This document shows positions 11,154-20,653 of a stretch of DNA of 64,000 nt, piece after piece. This DNA is from Candidatus Zhuqueibacterota bacterium (lineage in GTDB: Bacteria; BS750m-G25): contig JADHWK010000006.1 in NCBI GenBank assembly GCA_016783505.1, forward strand, positions 13,533 to 77,532, read 5' to 3'. The position numbers and the translations under genes are program-made. The first letter of the stretch is position 1; the number at the start of each line of letters is the position of its first letter. Below the pieces are notes generated by a model. It ran no database searches and was not told the DNA's origin. It worked only from the letters and a program-made list of their open reading frames with translations.

Positions 11154-11250
11154 CAAAGATGAACTTAGCCCCCTCGGGGCAATCGGTCAGGCGCCCGACT
11201 GACTGGAATAATGGCCTACAGCGACGTTAAAATAGCAAAAAAAAGATGAA

Positions 11251-12516
11251 ATGACACGAATTTCTTCAATCTGCGGTTTTGGGTTTTTCTTGTTGTCTGC
11301 GCTGATTATAAAAATCCCATCGGCTTGGTGCCAGGAGGAGATGGTCATCTTGACCCGGTCCTTTGGCGTCGGGGCTAGGGCCATGGGGATGGGAGGGGCC
11401 TACGTGGGGGTATGTGACGATTTTACCGCTACTCAATTCAACCCGGCCGGGCTGGCTCAGATTCGGAGAATCGAAATCCAGACCGGTCTTTCCCATCTTT
11501 TCGCCCACCATGAGGGCGCCTATTATGGTACTACAAAAAAGGATATGACGGGCTATACCCGAATAAATACTATAGGAGTTGTCTTTCCCTATCCGGTCTA
11601 CCGGGGAAGCCTGGTTTTTGCGGCTGGATATAATCGGGCAATCAGCTTTGACGGTTCGGCCACCTTTACGGGATATAATCCGGTGCAAGTTGCGAAGGTG
11701 GATGCCCTTGAGCTTGAGAACGGGGGATTGGGGCCCATCACCTTAGCCAGTGCGGTGGACTTTTTAAAAGACCTCTCCTTAGGATTTTCCTTAGACATCT
11801 GGATGGGAAAGGACGAATATAGCTGGCAGGTTGAGAAACATATTTTAGACAGTTTCGGGAACGTATATATAGATTCCACTCTTAACGATAATATCAGCAC
11901 GAAATTCACTGGCATTACCCTTAAATTCGGTTGTCTCTATCGGATGGGGTCAACCCTTCGGGTGGGCGCAGTAATCTCACCCCCGATCACACTTACTGCT
12001 GAAGAGACATGGAATATGTCTGATGAGGTGAGGGATGTGGATACGACGGTATTTTCCTCGTGGTCTGGGGATTACACCTACAAAATTCGACGGCCCTTTT
12101 CCTTTGCCGCAGGGCTATCCCTTTCCTTCGCCTTTCTGCTCCTTACCGCCGATTGGAGCTACACTGATTGGCGGCAGATGAAATATACCTACCCGGCTGA
12201 ATTTCTGAGGAAAAACCCGGGCTTTCGGAATGGGTATCGGGCCACCACCCGGACACGTATTGGGTTGGAATTTCCGGTTCCCCGTACGGGCTTAAGGCTG
12301 CGGGGTGGATACGGGGTTGATCCGCTGGCTTATCAATGTCATCAAATTAAAAAAGATAGGCACTATTTTTCGTTGGGGGCGGGTATCACTTTCACGGGAA
12401 AGGTGGCGGTTGACCTCGCCTTTGTCCGGGAAGAATGGGAAATGGCTACTACAGGTTACATTGTTGAGGACATACGTCACGATAAAATCTTCTTTACTGC
12501 TACCTTTCGGATATAA
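11251..12516 (+). CDS. Outer membrane transport beta-barrel (OmpP1/FadL/TodX-like)
   Basis: GARAMGMGGA...NPAGLA N-terminal motif; C-terminal aromatic strand. Confidence 0.8.
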   Translation: MTRISSICGFGFFLLSALIIKIPSAWCQEEMVILTRSFGVGARAMGMGGAYVGVCDDFTATQFNPAGLAQIRRIEIQTGLSHLFAHHEGAYYGTTKKDMTGYTRINTIGVVFPYPVYRGSLVFAAGYNRAISFDGSATFTGYNPVQVAKVDALELENGGLGPITLASAVDFLKDLSLGFSLDIWMGKDEYSWQVEKHILDSFGNVYIDSTLNDNISTKFTGITLKFGCLYRMGSTLRVGAVISPPITLTAEETWNMSDEVRDVDTTVFSSWSGDYTYKIRRPFSFAAGLSLSFAFLLLTADWSYTDWRQMKYTYPAEFLRKNPGFRNGYRATTRTRIGLEFPVPRTGLRLRGGYGVDPLAYQCHQIKKDRHYFSLGAGITFTGKVAVDLAFVREEWEMATTGYIVEDIRHDKIFFTATFRI

Positions 12517-12661
12517 GTTGCGGGGTTAATCCGTAAGGATTTTATAGGGCCTTAAAATGGTAACAGTATTTTGGTCAGTTTTTATAAAATAACTGTTGCT
12601 GTTCCATCCCGTAGCAGTTTTAAAACACCCATAGCAGAGATAGGAAATGGGGTGAAAAACC

Positions 12662-14632
12662 ATGGTTGTCAAAGAAAAAGGATTGAAGGGAGTGAACGAG
12701 GAACTTTTGGCCCTCCAGGAAATATCCACCTCCATCCAGGAGACATTGGAACTAAATGATGTATTGCAGAAGGTCGCCGATGGTATTGTCAGGATTCTGG
12801 GATTTAATGTCTCGGTCATTTTATTGAAAGATAGGGAAGGGGACCTTGGTCGGGTCGTCGCCCTGTCATCTGAGGCTGGCCTGGTTAAGAAGATCGAACG
12901 AATCCTGGAATGCAGATTCACCGATATTCAATTTCCCGCCGCAAGGGACTACAGTGAAAGTGTTCAGAAAGTGCTGGATGGACAAGTTGTGGTGAGTGAA
13001 AGCCTTCATGAACTGGCCAGACCGACGTTGAGCAAAACGGTCTGTTTGGCTCTACAAAGAGCGGGAGACGTCAAAACATTTATCGTGGTTCCTCTATCCG
13101 CTAAGGGAGAAATTATTGGGGCCATTTTAGCTTCTTCACCAAGGGTGGGAATATCGGAAAAGGAACGGGGATCATTAATTTCTTTTGCCAACCAGGCGGC
13201 CCTCGCTGTCGAGAACAGCCGGTTGTTCCAGGAAACCCGAAGGAGCCTGTCCGACCTCTCTATCCTGAACAAGGTCAGCCAGGCCATCAGTTCCACCCTT
13301 AACCTCGGGGAGATATGCGATCTTGTGGTCAAGACGGTGGCTTCAGCCATGGTGGCCAAGATCTGCACCATCCGGTTTGTGGAGGGGGATGAGCTGACGG
13401 TAGGGACCGCCTTCGGATACAGCGATGAGGAGGCCCGGGGCCATCGGATACCCATAGACGAGCGATTGGCCGAGATTGTGCGGGATAAGCGGTCTTTCGT
13501 AGTTGAGGACTTATGGGCGGATGCCGGGCTTCCCAAAAGCCGGTGGCAGCGCATGAAGAAGGAGGGGGTACGTTCCTTCCTGGGGGTTCCCATAATTTCC
13601 CTGGGGAAGACCACCGCCATTTTAAGCGTCTACAAGGAAGTCCCCCATGCCTTTGGTAAGGGGGATATCAGGCTTCTTTCCACCATTGCCAATCAGGTGG
13701 CGGTGGCCCTGGAGAACGCCCGGCTGTATCAGGAAGTGATGGATTCAGAAAAGAAATACGAAACCCTGGTAGAGCAGTCCAATGATGCTATTTATATTCT
13801 GCAAGAAGGAAAGTTTGTCTACATTAATCCCACATTTGAGGAGCTTTTGGGTTATAGTCTGACAGAGACTTCCGCTGTCGGGTTCGATTTTATGAAACTG
13901 GTGGCCCCGAAGAGTCAGGATTTGATCAAAGCGAGGATGGAAAAAAGCGCCAGGGGGAAAACTGTTCCCCTGCGGTACGAGTTCAAGGGGTTGACAAAAG
14001 ATGGCCGCGAAATAGATTTCGATGTCAGCATTACCCATATTGATTACCAGGACAAACCGGCGACCCAGGGAATATTGCGGGATATTACAGAGAGAAAGAA
14101 AATGGAGCAGAGACTGGTGGAATCGGAGAAAAAGTACCGGGCTTTAGTGGAGAACGTGCCCAATGTCATCTATCGGGATGAGCCGGACGGGAGGACGTTC
14201 TACATGAGTCCCTATATTGAAAAGATGATTGGCTACCGGCCCGAGGACTTCTACGGCGATCAGGAGCTGTGGTGGAAGGTGATCCATCCGGATGACCAGG
14301 CCGGGGTCCGGGGAAAATTAGATCGGATGCTAAAGACCGGGGAGGAGTTCCGCTGGGAATACCGGATGCGCCATAGAAACAGGAAGGACATCATCTGGAC
14401 CTACGATAGAGCCGTTGCGGTAAGGGATGAAAAGGGCAATATTCTCTATTTTGAGGGGATATTGCAGGATATTACTGACAGAAAAATAGCAGAAGAGGAA
14501 TTGAAAAGACTGAACGAGGAGTTGACCAAAAAAATTGATGCCCTGGAAACGTTTAAAAAGGTCACCGTGGACCGGGAGCTGAAGATGATTGAACTGAAGA
14601 AAAGAATAAAGGAATTAGAGGGGGGGGGTTAA
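12662..14632 (+). CDS. Cytoplasmic GAF-GAF-PAS-PAS sensor with short coiled-coil C-terminus, no recognisable output domain
   Basis: Two GAF ends (ANQAALAVENSRL, ANQVAVALENARL), two PAS/PAC (DITERK, DITDRK), ends VDRELKMIELKKRIKELE. Confidence 0.85.
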   Translation: MVVKEKGLKGVNEELLALQEISTSIQETLELNDVLQKVADGIVRILGFNVSVILLKDREGDLGRVVALSSEAGLVKKIERILECRFTDIQFPAARDYSESVQKVLDGQVVVSESLHELARPTLSKTVCLALQRAGDVKTFIVVPLSAKGEIIGAILASSPRVGISEKERGSLISFANQAALAVENSRLFQETRRSLSDLSILNKVSQAISSTLNLGEICDLVVKTVASAMVAKICTIRFVEGDELTVGTAFGYSDEEARGHRIPIDERLAEIVRDKRSFVVEDLWADAGLPKSRWQRMKKEGVRSFLGVPIISLGKTTAILSVYKEVPHAFGKGDIRLLSTIANQVAVALENARLYQEVMDSEKKYETLVEQSNDAIYILQEGKFVYINPTFEELLGYSLTETSAVGFDFMKLVAPKSQDLIKARMEKSARGKTVPLRYEFKGLTKDGREIDFDVSITHIDYQDKPATQGILRDITERKKMEQRLVESEKKYRALVENVPNVIYRDEPDGRTFYMSPYIEKMIGYRPEDFYGDQELWWKVIHPDDQAGVRGKLDRMLKTGEEFRWEYRMRHRNRKDIIWTYDRAVAVRDEKGNILYFEGILQDITDRKIAEEELKRLNEELTKKIDALETFKKVTVDRELKMIELKKRIKELEGGG

Positions 14633-14649
14633 TCGGTGGGGAAGAGAGG

Positions 14650-15174
14650 ATGAAAAGGAACATTTTATTCCTCGCTGCGACTGTTCTCATCATTATCGTA
14701 TTGGTGGCGGTGGGCCGTAAGGTCTATAAAGATACAGAGAAGGCGGTGGTCAGGCAGTTCAACCAGCAGCAGATGCTGATGGCCAGTCAGGCGGCGCAGG
14801 GGATAGAAGATTATTTTAATGGGGTAAAAGAAGAATTGCTGTTGTTATCAAAAATGACCACCATCCAATACCTTGAGCCGCAATCTTATTTTGAGGAAAT
14901 GGATAGGGTTCGGAGGTCCTTTATGCCTTCTTAATAAATTGACGGCACCTTGCTTTACCATCCAGAACATCCCGAGATGGTGGGAAACAGCATTTTTCAG
15001 AGGGATGAGAGTTGCTACCAGTGCCACCAGTCATTTGATCTGCAAGAAGAGATGGTCAAAGGAGGGGCAGGAATGGGGATTTATCCGGTGCAAATCGGTC
15101 AAAAGAAACCGATCGCTTTTTCGCCCGTCCGGATTGAAAACTAACTATGGTCCATCGCCGTCGGAGCCCCCTAC
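14650..15174 (+). pseudogene. Disrupted N-terminal periplasmic Cache-like/heme-c sensor part of the histidine kinase
   Basis: ORFs 14650, 14950 and 15175 share one frame, split by TAATAA (14932-37) and TAA (15142-44); DGTLLYHP, CYQCH and WSIAV motifs. Confidence 0.75.
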
Positions 15175-17397
15175 TTGGAGATTACTCATCTGGTGAGGAA
15201 AAGCTCAAGAGGGATCTTCGGACTCATGGGGGGTATTATGGCGATTATTATTGGAGGGGCTGTTTTGGTTTTGTGGATAAATGCCAAAAGAACAAAAGAT
15301 ATGGAACATACTAATCATCTGGAGACGGAAACTAAACTAAAGGGGGAGATCGAAAGTTCGGAGAAGCAATATCGGGAGCTGGTGGAGCGGGCCAACGATG
15401 GGGTCTGGATGCTGGATAAGAACCACGTGACCCTGTTTGCCAACCGGCGCATGTCCGAGATCACCGGTTATGATGAGCTGGTGGGGAGGCCCGCCTTCCT
15501 TTTCTTTAACGAAGAGAGCCAAAAGAAAATAGCCGAAGAGAACAAGAAGAGACTCCGGGGGGAAAGTTCCCGTTACGAGGTGGGGATTACCACCCGGGAT
15601 GGAAAGCAGATCCCGGTTATGATCAGCGGTTCGCCCCGATTTGACGATAAGGGAAACTTCCTGGGTACCTTTGGGATTGTTACCGACATCTCTGAACGAA
15701 AGAAGATTGAAGAGGAGCTTAAGCGGATCAACGAGGAGTTGAAAAAGGGCGAAGCGGCCACCCTAAACGTTCTGTCAGACATTCATGAGACGAACCAGCA
15801 GCTTCGTGAGGCCACCAGGCAGTTGGAGGCATTTAGCCGCATCTCCAGCGAGATTATTCAGGAGCGGGAGCCGGCGAAGATATGTGCTATTACCGCCCAG
15901 GCTATTCAGGAATATTCTAATTATGGCCGGGTTTCCATATCCCTGTTAGAGGAGGACGGCAGCGCTAGACACATCACCCAGGCCGGTTATACCGAGGAAG
16001 AGAAGGGCCGATTGAAGCAGAAACTGGCCCTGATAAAAAGGCTGGGCCAGGGCCTTTTCGAAAATAAATCGTATAGGGTCGGTGGGTGTTGTTTTCTTCC
16101 CCGGGGGAAGAAAGAGGCTATCAAGGGGGAGCGGGGATGGCATCCCGACGATCTTTTGCTCATTCCCCTCACCGGTCGTGAAGGGGTGATGATAGGGTTC
16201 ATCCTGGTGGATGACCCTAAGAATGGCCGCCTTCCTGCGGTGGATACCTTACGACCGCTGGTGCTGTTTGCCAATCAGGCGGCTATGGCTATTGAGGATG
16301 CCCGGCTGGATCGGGAGATCCGGGAGACCCGGGACTACTTGGAGAACTTAGTGGACTCATCGGTGGATGCTATCCTCACCACCGACCGTAAGGGACGTAT
16401 CACCTTTGCCAGCCGGGGAGCCTCGGCCATCTTCGGCTATGATCCCGAAGAGGCCCTGGGCCGGCCGGTGGCGGAGTTTTACGACAAAGGGATAGAAGAA
16501 GCGGTGAAAATTGACCACATTTTGAGAAGAAAAGGCAAAATTAAGGACTACGAGATTGAGATAGTCTCCAAGGACGGCCGCCACGTTCCCTGCAGCCTGT
16601 CGGCTGCCATCCTTCGGAATGGGGGGGGAAGGCCTATCGGAACGGTGGGCGTCATTAAGGATTTTACCGAGAGGAAAATGCTGGAGCGGGAACTCCTCCA
16701 TGCCGAGAAATTGGCTTCCTTAGGCCGACTCACGGCTGGGGTGATGCACGAGATCCTGAACCCCCTGAACATTATTTCTGGTAATGTGCAACTACTTCAG
16801 CGAAAGAAAGACTTTGACATCACCCCCCGGATCAAGAAAGCGCTGGATATTATAGAAGCTCAGGTGGGCCGGATCGTCAAAATTACCGATGGATTGCTTC
16901 GTTTTTCCCGCCAGAAGATACCCGGGCGAAAGCCTATCCATATCGGTCAACTTATCGAAAAAACCCTGTCCTTGGTGGAGCATGAAACCAGGCTGGAGAA
17001 CATCACCATTGTCAAACAATTCGACCCCCACACCCCAATAATCCAGGGTGATACCGATCAACTCTCACAGGTGGTGATGAACCTTATTAACAACGCCCGG
17101 GACGCCATGCCCGAAGGGGGGACGATGACGATTACTACAAAGGGTGTTGAGGATGAGCGGGGTAGTTGGGTTCAGGTTGAATTTATGGACACCGGGGTGG
17201 GGATAGCCCCGGAAAACCTTTCCAAGATCTTCGATCCTTTCTACACCTCAAAAGAAGTGGGGAAGGGCACCGGGCTGGGGCTTTCGGTGTCATTGGGCAT
17301 CATCGAAGGCCATGGGGGGACCATTTCGGTCCAGAGCAAGGTGGGAAAAGGAACCACCTTCAGCGTTAAGCTGCCCGTAATGAGGGAGGAAAGTTAA
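15175..17397 (+). CDS. Sensor histidine kinase (TM-PAS-GAF-PAS-HisKA-HATPase), N-terminally truncated
   Basis: H-box GVMHEILNPL, NLINNARDA, DTGVG, FDPFYTSK, GTGLGL. Confidence 0.9.
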   Translation: MEITHLVRKSSRGIFGLMGGIMAIIIGGAVLVLWINAKRTKDMEHTNHLETETKLKGEIESSEKQYRELVERANDGVWMLDKNHVTLFANRRMSEITGYDELVGRPAFLFFNEESQKKIAEENKKRLRGESSRYEVGITTRDGKQIPVMISGSPRFDDKGNFLGTFGIVTDISERKKIEEELKRINEELKKGEAATLNVLSDIHETNQQLREATRQLEAFSRISSEIIQEREPAKICAITAQAIQEYSNYGRVSISLLEEDGSARHITQAGYTEEEKGRLKQKLALIKRLGQGLFENKSYRVGGCCFLPRGKKEAIKGERGWHPDDLLLIPLTGREGVMIGFILVDDPKNGRLPAVDTLRPLVLFANQAAMAIEDARLDREIRETRDYLENLVDSSVDAILTTDRKGRITFASRGASAIFGYDPEEALGRPVAEFYDKGIEEAVKIDHILRRKGKIKDYEIEIVSKDGRHVPCSLSAAILRNGGGRPIGTVGVIKDFTERKMLERELLHAEKLASLGRLTAGVMHEILNPLNIISGNVQLLQRKKDFDITPRIKKALDIIEAQVGRIVKITDGLLRFSRQKIPGRKPIHIGQLIEKTLSLVEHETRLENITIVKQFDPHTPIIQGDTDQLSQVVMNLINNARDAMPEGGTMTITTKGVEDERGSWVQVEFMDTGVGIAPENLSKIFDPFYTSKEVGKGTGLGLSVSLGIIEGHGGTISVQSKVGKGTTFSVKLPVMREES

Positions 17398-17412
17398 AAA
17401 TTGAGAATTATT

Positions 17413-17880
17413 ATGGCTAATATGAACATCAAAAAGCTAACCCACGTTCTATCTAAAAAGAACGAAGTCCTATTTGCTTTTCTCTTTGGCTCCCAGGCTA
17501 AAGCAAGGCCCCGGCCTGGGTCCGATGTAGACATCGCCGTATATCTGAAAGATGGGTAGGGTCCCGAAGACATAAACAGGATCTGGAGTGACCTGGAGGA
17601 TGTCTTAAGGTCTGATGTTGATCTGGTCGTTTTAAACCAGGCCCCCAGCACCGTCGCCTGGACAGCCATTAGGGGTACACCCCTGTTCATCAAAGATTAT
17701 CGTTTCTTTCTTGAGTTTATGCTTCGGGTTTCCCAGGAGGCGGAGGATTTTCAGGGGTTTATCCTAGATTGGTTGCGGTGGCGAGAGCGTATAAAGTTGG
17801 GGGCTAAAGGTGAGGGGAATCCCCTGACCTATGATCAGAAGGTAGCTATCATAAATAATGAAGAACAAAAGATATCTTAA
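17413..17880 (+). pseudogene. MNT-type nucleotidyltransferase (MntA-like antitoxin) with in-frame TAG
   Basis: Manual translation: FAFLFGSQA...SDVDIAVY...DVDLVVLN; TAG at 17557-59; no intact HEPN partner follows. Confidence 0.75.
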
Positions 17881-18826
17881 AGAATATCAGGTCGGTGAGC
17901 GTTTCACTGGGTTTTTCGTCCTTCGGAAAAAAGAGATGAAATCCCGCAAGGACGGGGATCCCTACCTGGTTCTGGAGTTTGGGGATCGGTCCGGGAGACT
18001 TTCAGGGAATGTCTGGGATGACGCTAAAACCTTGTATCATGACCTTAAGGTCGGGGGGGTGGTGAGGCTCAGGGGGATGATCACCACCTTTCGGGATGAA
18101 CCCCAGGTTTCCGTTGAACGGGTGCGTTCCGCAACCGATAAAGATGTATACGATGTGAAGGACCTGCTGCCCGCCCTCGATGATGATGTGGGTGAACTGT
18201 TGGGGCAGTTACAGGATGTTGTCAAAACTGTGTCCAATCCTCCTTTACAAAAGCTGCTTGATCTGTTTTTCAGCAATCAGGATTTTTTAGATAAGTTTAA
18301 AACCGCCCCCGGGGGGAAGCTGTGGCACCATGCCTGTCTGGGGGGGCTGCTGAAACATACCCTGTCGGTGCTCAGGATCTGTGAGGCAGCGGCTCGGGAA
18401 TATCCCCTCGTAGACAGAGACCTATTGGTGACCGGGGCCCTCCTGCACGATGTGGGAAAGATATACGAATTTGAATACCGGACCTTTATTGATTATTCCG
18501 ACCAGGGGCGACTTCATGGGCATATCGTTATCGGCGAGCGGATGGTGGCCGATAAGATTGGCCAGATCAATGACTTTCCAGATGAATTAAGGGACCGTTT
18601 GCTGCATCTCATGTTAAGTCACCAGGGGAGGCAGGAGTACGGGTCCCCGGTGGTCCCCAAAATGCTGGAGGCCATCATTCTATACTTCGCTGACGATATG
18701 GATGCCAAGGCAGACGGCTTTTCCCGAATTATTAAACAGCAGAGGGAATCAGGCAAGCGCTGGAGCGACTGGGTGCATCTTCTGGATCGGTTTATTTTTC
18801 TGGGGGAAGAGGGGGAGAAAACATAG
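17858..18826 (+). CDS. YhaM-family 3'-5' exoribonuclease (OB-fold + HD domain)
   Basis: OB-fold N-terminus; WHHACLGGLLKH, LLHDVGK, GHIVIG, SHQG, ADDMDAK. Confidence 0.9.
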   Translation: MKNKRYLKEYQVGERFTGFFVLRKKEMKSRKDGDPYLVLEFGDRSGRLSGNVWDDAKTLYHDLKVGGVVRLRGMITTFRDEPQVSVERVRSATDKDVYDVKDLLPALDDDVGELLGQLQDVVKTVSNPPLQKLLDLFFSNQDFLDKFKTAPGGKLWHHACLGGLLKHTLSVLRICEAAAREYPLVDRDLLVTGALLHDVGKIYEFEYRTFIDYSDQGRLHGHIVIGERMVADKIGQINDFPDELRDRLLHLMLSHQGRQEYGSPVVPKMLEAIILYFADDMDAKADGFSRIIKQQRESGKRWSDWVHLLDRFIFLGEEGEKT

Positions 18827-18880
18827 GATTAAGGAAATTATGTAAATGTGAAAGAGTTTTCAAAAGGGGGGGCGTATGAA

Positions 18881-19108
18881 ATGACTACTAAAGAGAAAAC
18901 AAGGATAAAACGCTGCAAGCGTTGCAACGAAGTTTTGGATCGTATTTGGTTTAATACTCTGATGACAGAGGAATGGTCCTGGAACGGGGAAGGTTATAAT
19001 GAGTGCACCGCATGGCATAGTCTCCTTACCGATCCGGAACAGCCTGTTCAGTGTCCATACTGTGACCAAGTGGTCGGTACAGGCCTTGATTTCGGTTTTG
19101 GGCTATAA
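18881..19108 (+). CDS. Small hypothetical protein with two CxxC motifs
   Basis: CKRC and CPYC; G-rich RBS-like sequence upstream. Confidence 0.5.
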   Translation: MTTKEKTRIKRCKRCNEVLDRIWFNTLMTEEWSWNGEGYNECTAWHSLLTDPEQPVQCPYCDQVVGTGLDFGFGL

Positions 19109-19144
19109 GGATTAAATGAAAATAAAGAGAAAGAGGCGTGAAAA

Positions 19145-19714
19145 TTGAAATATGATCCAAACAAACACCACCGCCGTTCAATTCGATTAAAAGAATATGA
19201 TTACTCGCAGGCCGGGGTATATTTTATCACAATATGCACAAAAAACCGGGAATGTTTGTTTGGCAGGGTGGTGAATGGATTGATGGAATTATCGCCGTTC
19301 GGTGTAATTGCACACCAATTTTGGTTTGAAATACCAAAACATTTTGACAATGTCGAATTGGATGAATTTAACGCCATGCCTAATCATATACACGGGATAA
19401 TTGAAATTACATCCGACAATCAAATCGCATACAACGTAGGGGCAATTCGTGAATTGCCCCTACCAAAATTGCCCATACATGTTCAACGGCGAAAAATGTT
19501 GATTCCGAGAATCGTCGGATATTACAAAATGAATACCGCAAAACGCATAAATCAAATGCGCAACACCCCAGGTATACCCGTATGGCAGCGCAATTATTAT
19601 GAACACATTATCCGCAATGAAGATGATTTAAACAAGATCAGGAGATATATAATAAACAATCCCATTAAATGGGAATCGGACAGGGAGAATCCTAAGAAAA
19701 TAAAACAGGGATAA
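19145..19714 (+). mobile_element. REP-associated tyrosine transposase (RAYT-like, IS200/IS605 Y1 HUH superfamily)
   Basis: HHRRSIRLKEYDYSQ.G.YFITIC, MPNHIHGI (HUH), WQRNYYEHIIR, YIINNP. Confidence 0.9.
19436..19463. repeat. GTAG-tagged REP palindrome within the RAYT coding sequence
   Basis: GTAGGGGCAATTC-GT-GAATTGCCCCTAC, perfect 13-bp arms; encodes VGAIRELPL. Confidence 0.85.
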
Positions 19715-19754
19715 CAAAGGCCCAGATCTGGTCCGGGTTTTTTAAATCTTTGTT

Positions 19755-20537
19755 TCATACCGTCTTTTTGATCCGATTCCAGATCTCATCCATTTCCCCT
19801 AAGGTGGCCCTCCGAATGTCCTTTCCGCTCTTCTTCAGTTCAACCTCGATGCGTTTAAAGCGGCGGATGAACTTGTCAATGGTCATTCTTAAGGAATCCT
19901 CGGCGCTTAAGCCGAGGAAGCGGGATAGGTTGACCAGTGAGAATAAAAGATCGCCGAACTCCTCCTCGAGCTTGGCCTGATCTTTCTCCCGGTAGGCCGC
20001 TTTGAATTCGGCTAGTTCTTCGTCCAGTTTTTCGATAACCCCTTTGATATCGTCCCACTCGAACCCCACCCCGGCCGCCTTCTCCTGGACCCGGTGGGCC
20101 CGAATTAACGAGGAAAGCTCCCGGGGAACTCCATTCAATACCGATTTTTCCTTTTCAGCTTGTTTTATCCTTTCCCACTGATTGATTACCTGGGCGGCAT
20201 CTTTGGCCTTTGCCGTGCCGAACACGTGGGGGTGACGCCGGATTAGCTTTTCGTTGATCAAATAAAGGACATCTTTTATGGTGAAGCGACCGGTCTCCTC
20301 GGCTATCCTAGCGTGGAAGACTATATGCAGGAGAAGGTCCCCCAGTTCCTCCTTCAATTCGTCGTAGCGCTCGTTGTCAATGGACTCCAGTACTTCATAG
20401 ACCTCCTCCAAAAGATAAGGCCTCAGCGACCTATGGGTCTGCTCCCGATCCCAGGGGCAGCCCCGTTCGCTTCTTAATTTTTTCATGATCTTCAGTAACC
20501 GATCAAATTCTCCGGTAGCCATATCCTTCTTCTCCAT
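19755..20537 (-). CDS. mazG: Nucleoside triphosphate pyrophosphohydrolase MazG
   Basis: GCPWDREQT, EELGDLL, KLIRRHPHVFG, second domain EEEFGDLLF. Confidence 0.95.
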   Translation of the reverse strand: MEKKDMATGEFDRLLKIMKKLRSERGCPWDREQTHRSLRPYLLEEVYEVLESIDNERYDELKEELGDLLLHIVFHARIAEETGRFTIKDVLYLINEKLIRRHPHVFGTAKAKDAAQVINQWERIKQAEKEKSVLNGVPRELSSLIRAHRVQEKAAGVGFEWDDIKGVIEKLDEELAEFKAAYREKDQAKLEEEFGDLLFSLVNLSRFLGLSAEDSLRMTIDKFIRRFKRIEVELKKSGKDIRRATLGEMDEIWNRIKKTV

Positions 20538-20653
20538 TTTTATTTTAAGATATTAAAAGAAATCCACTTTGTCAATAAAAAAGGGTTGTATTTTTGAATA
20601 AAATTTATTATTATAAGAAATGTAGAAATATAGTTAAATTCAGGTTCCCTTAA

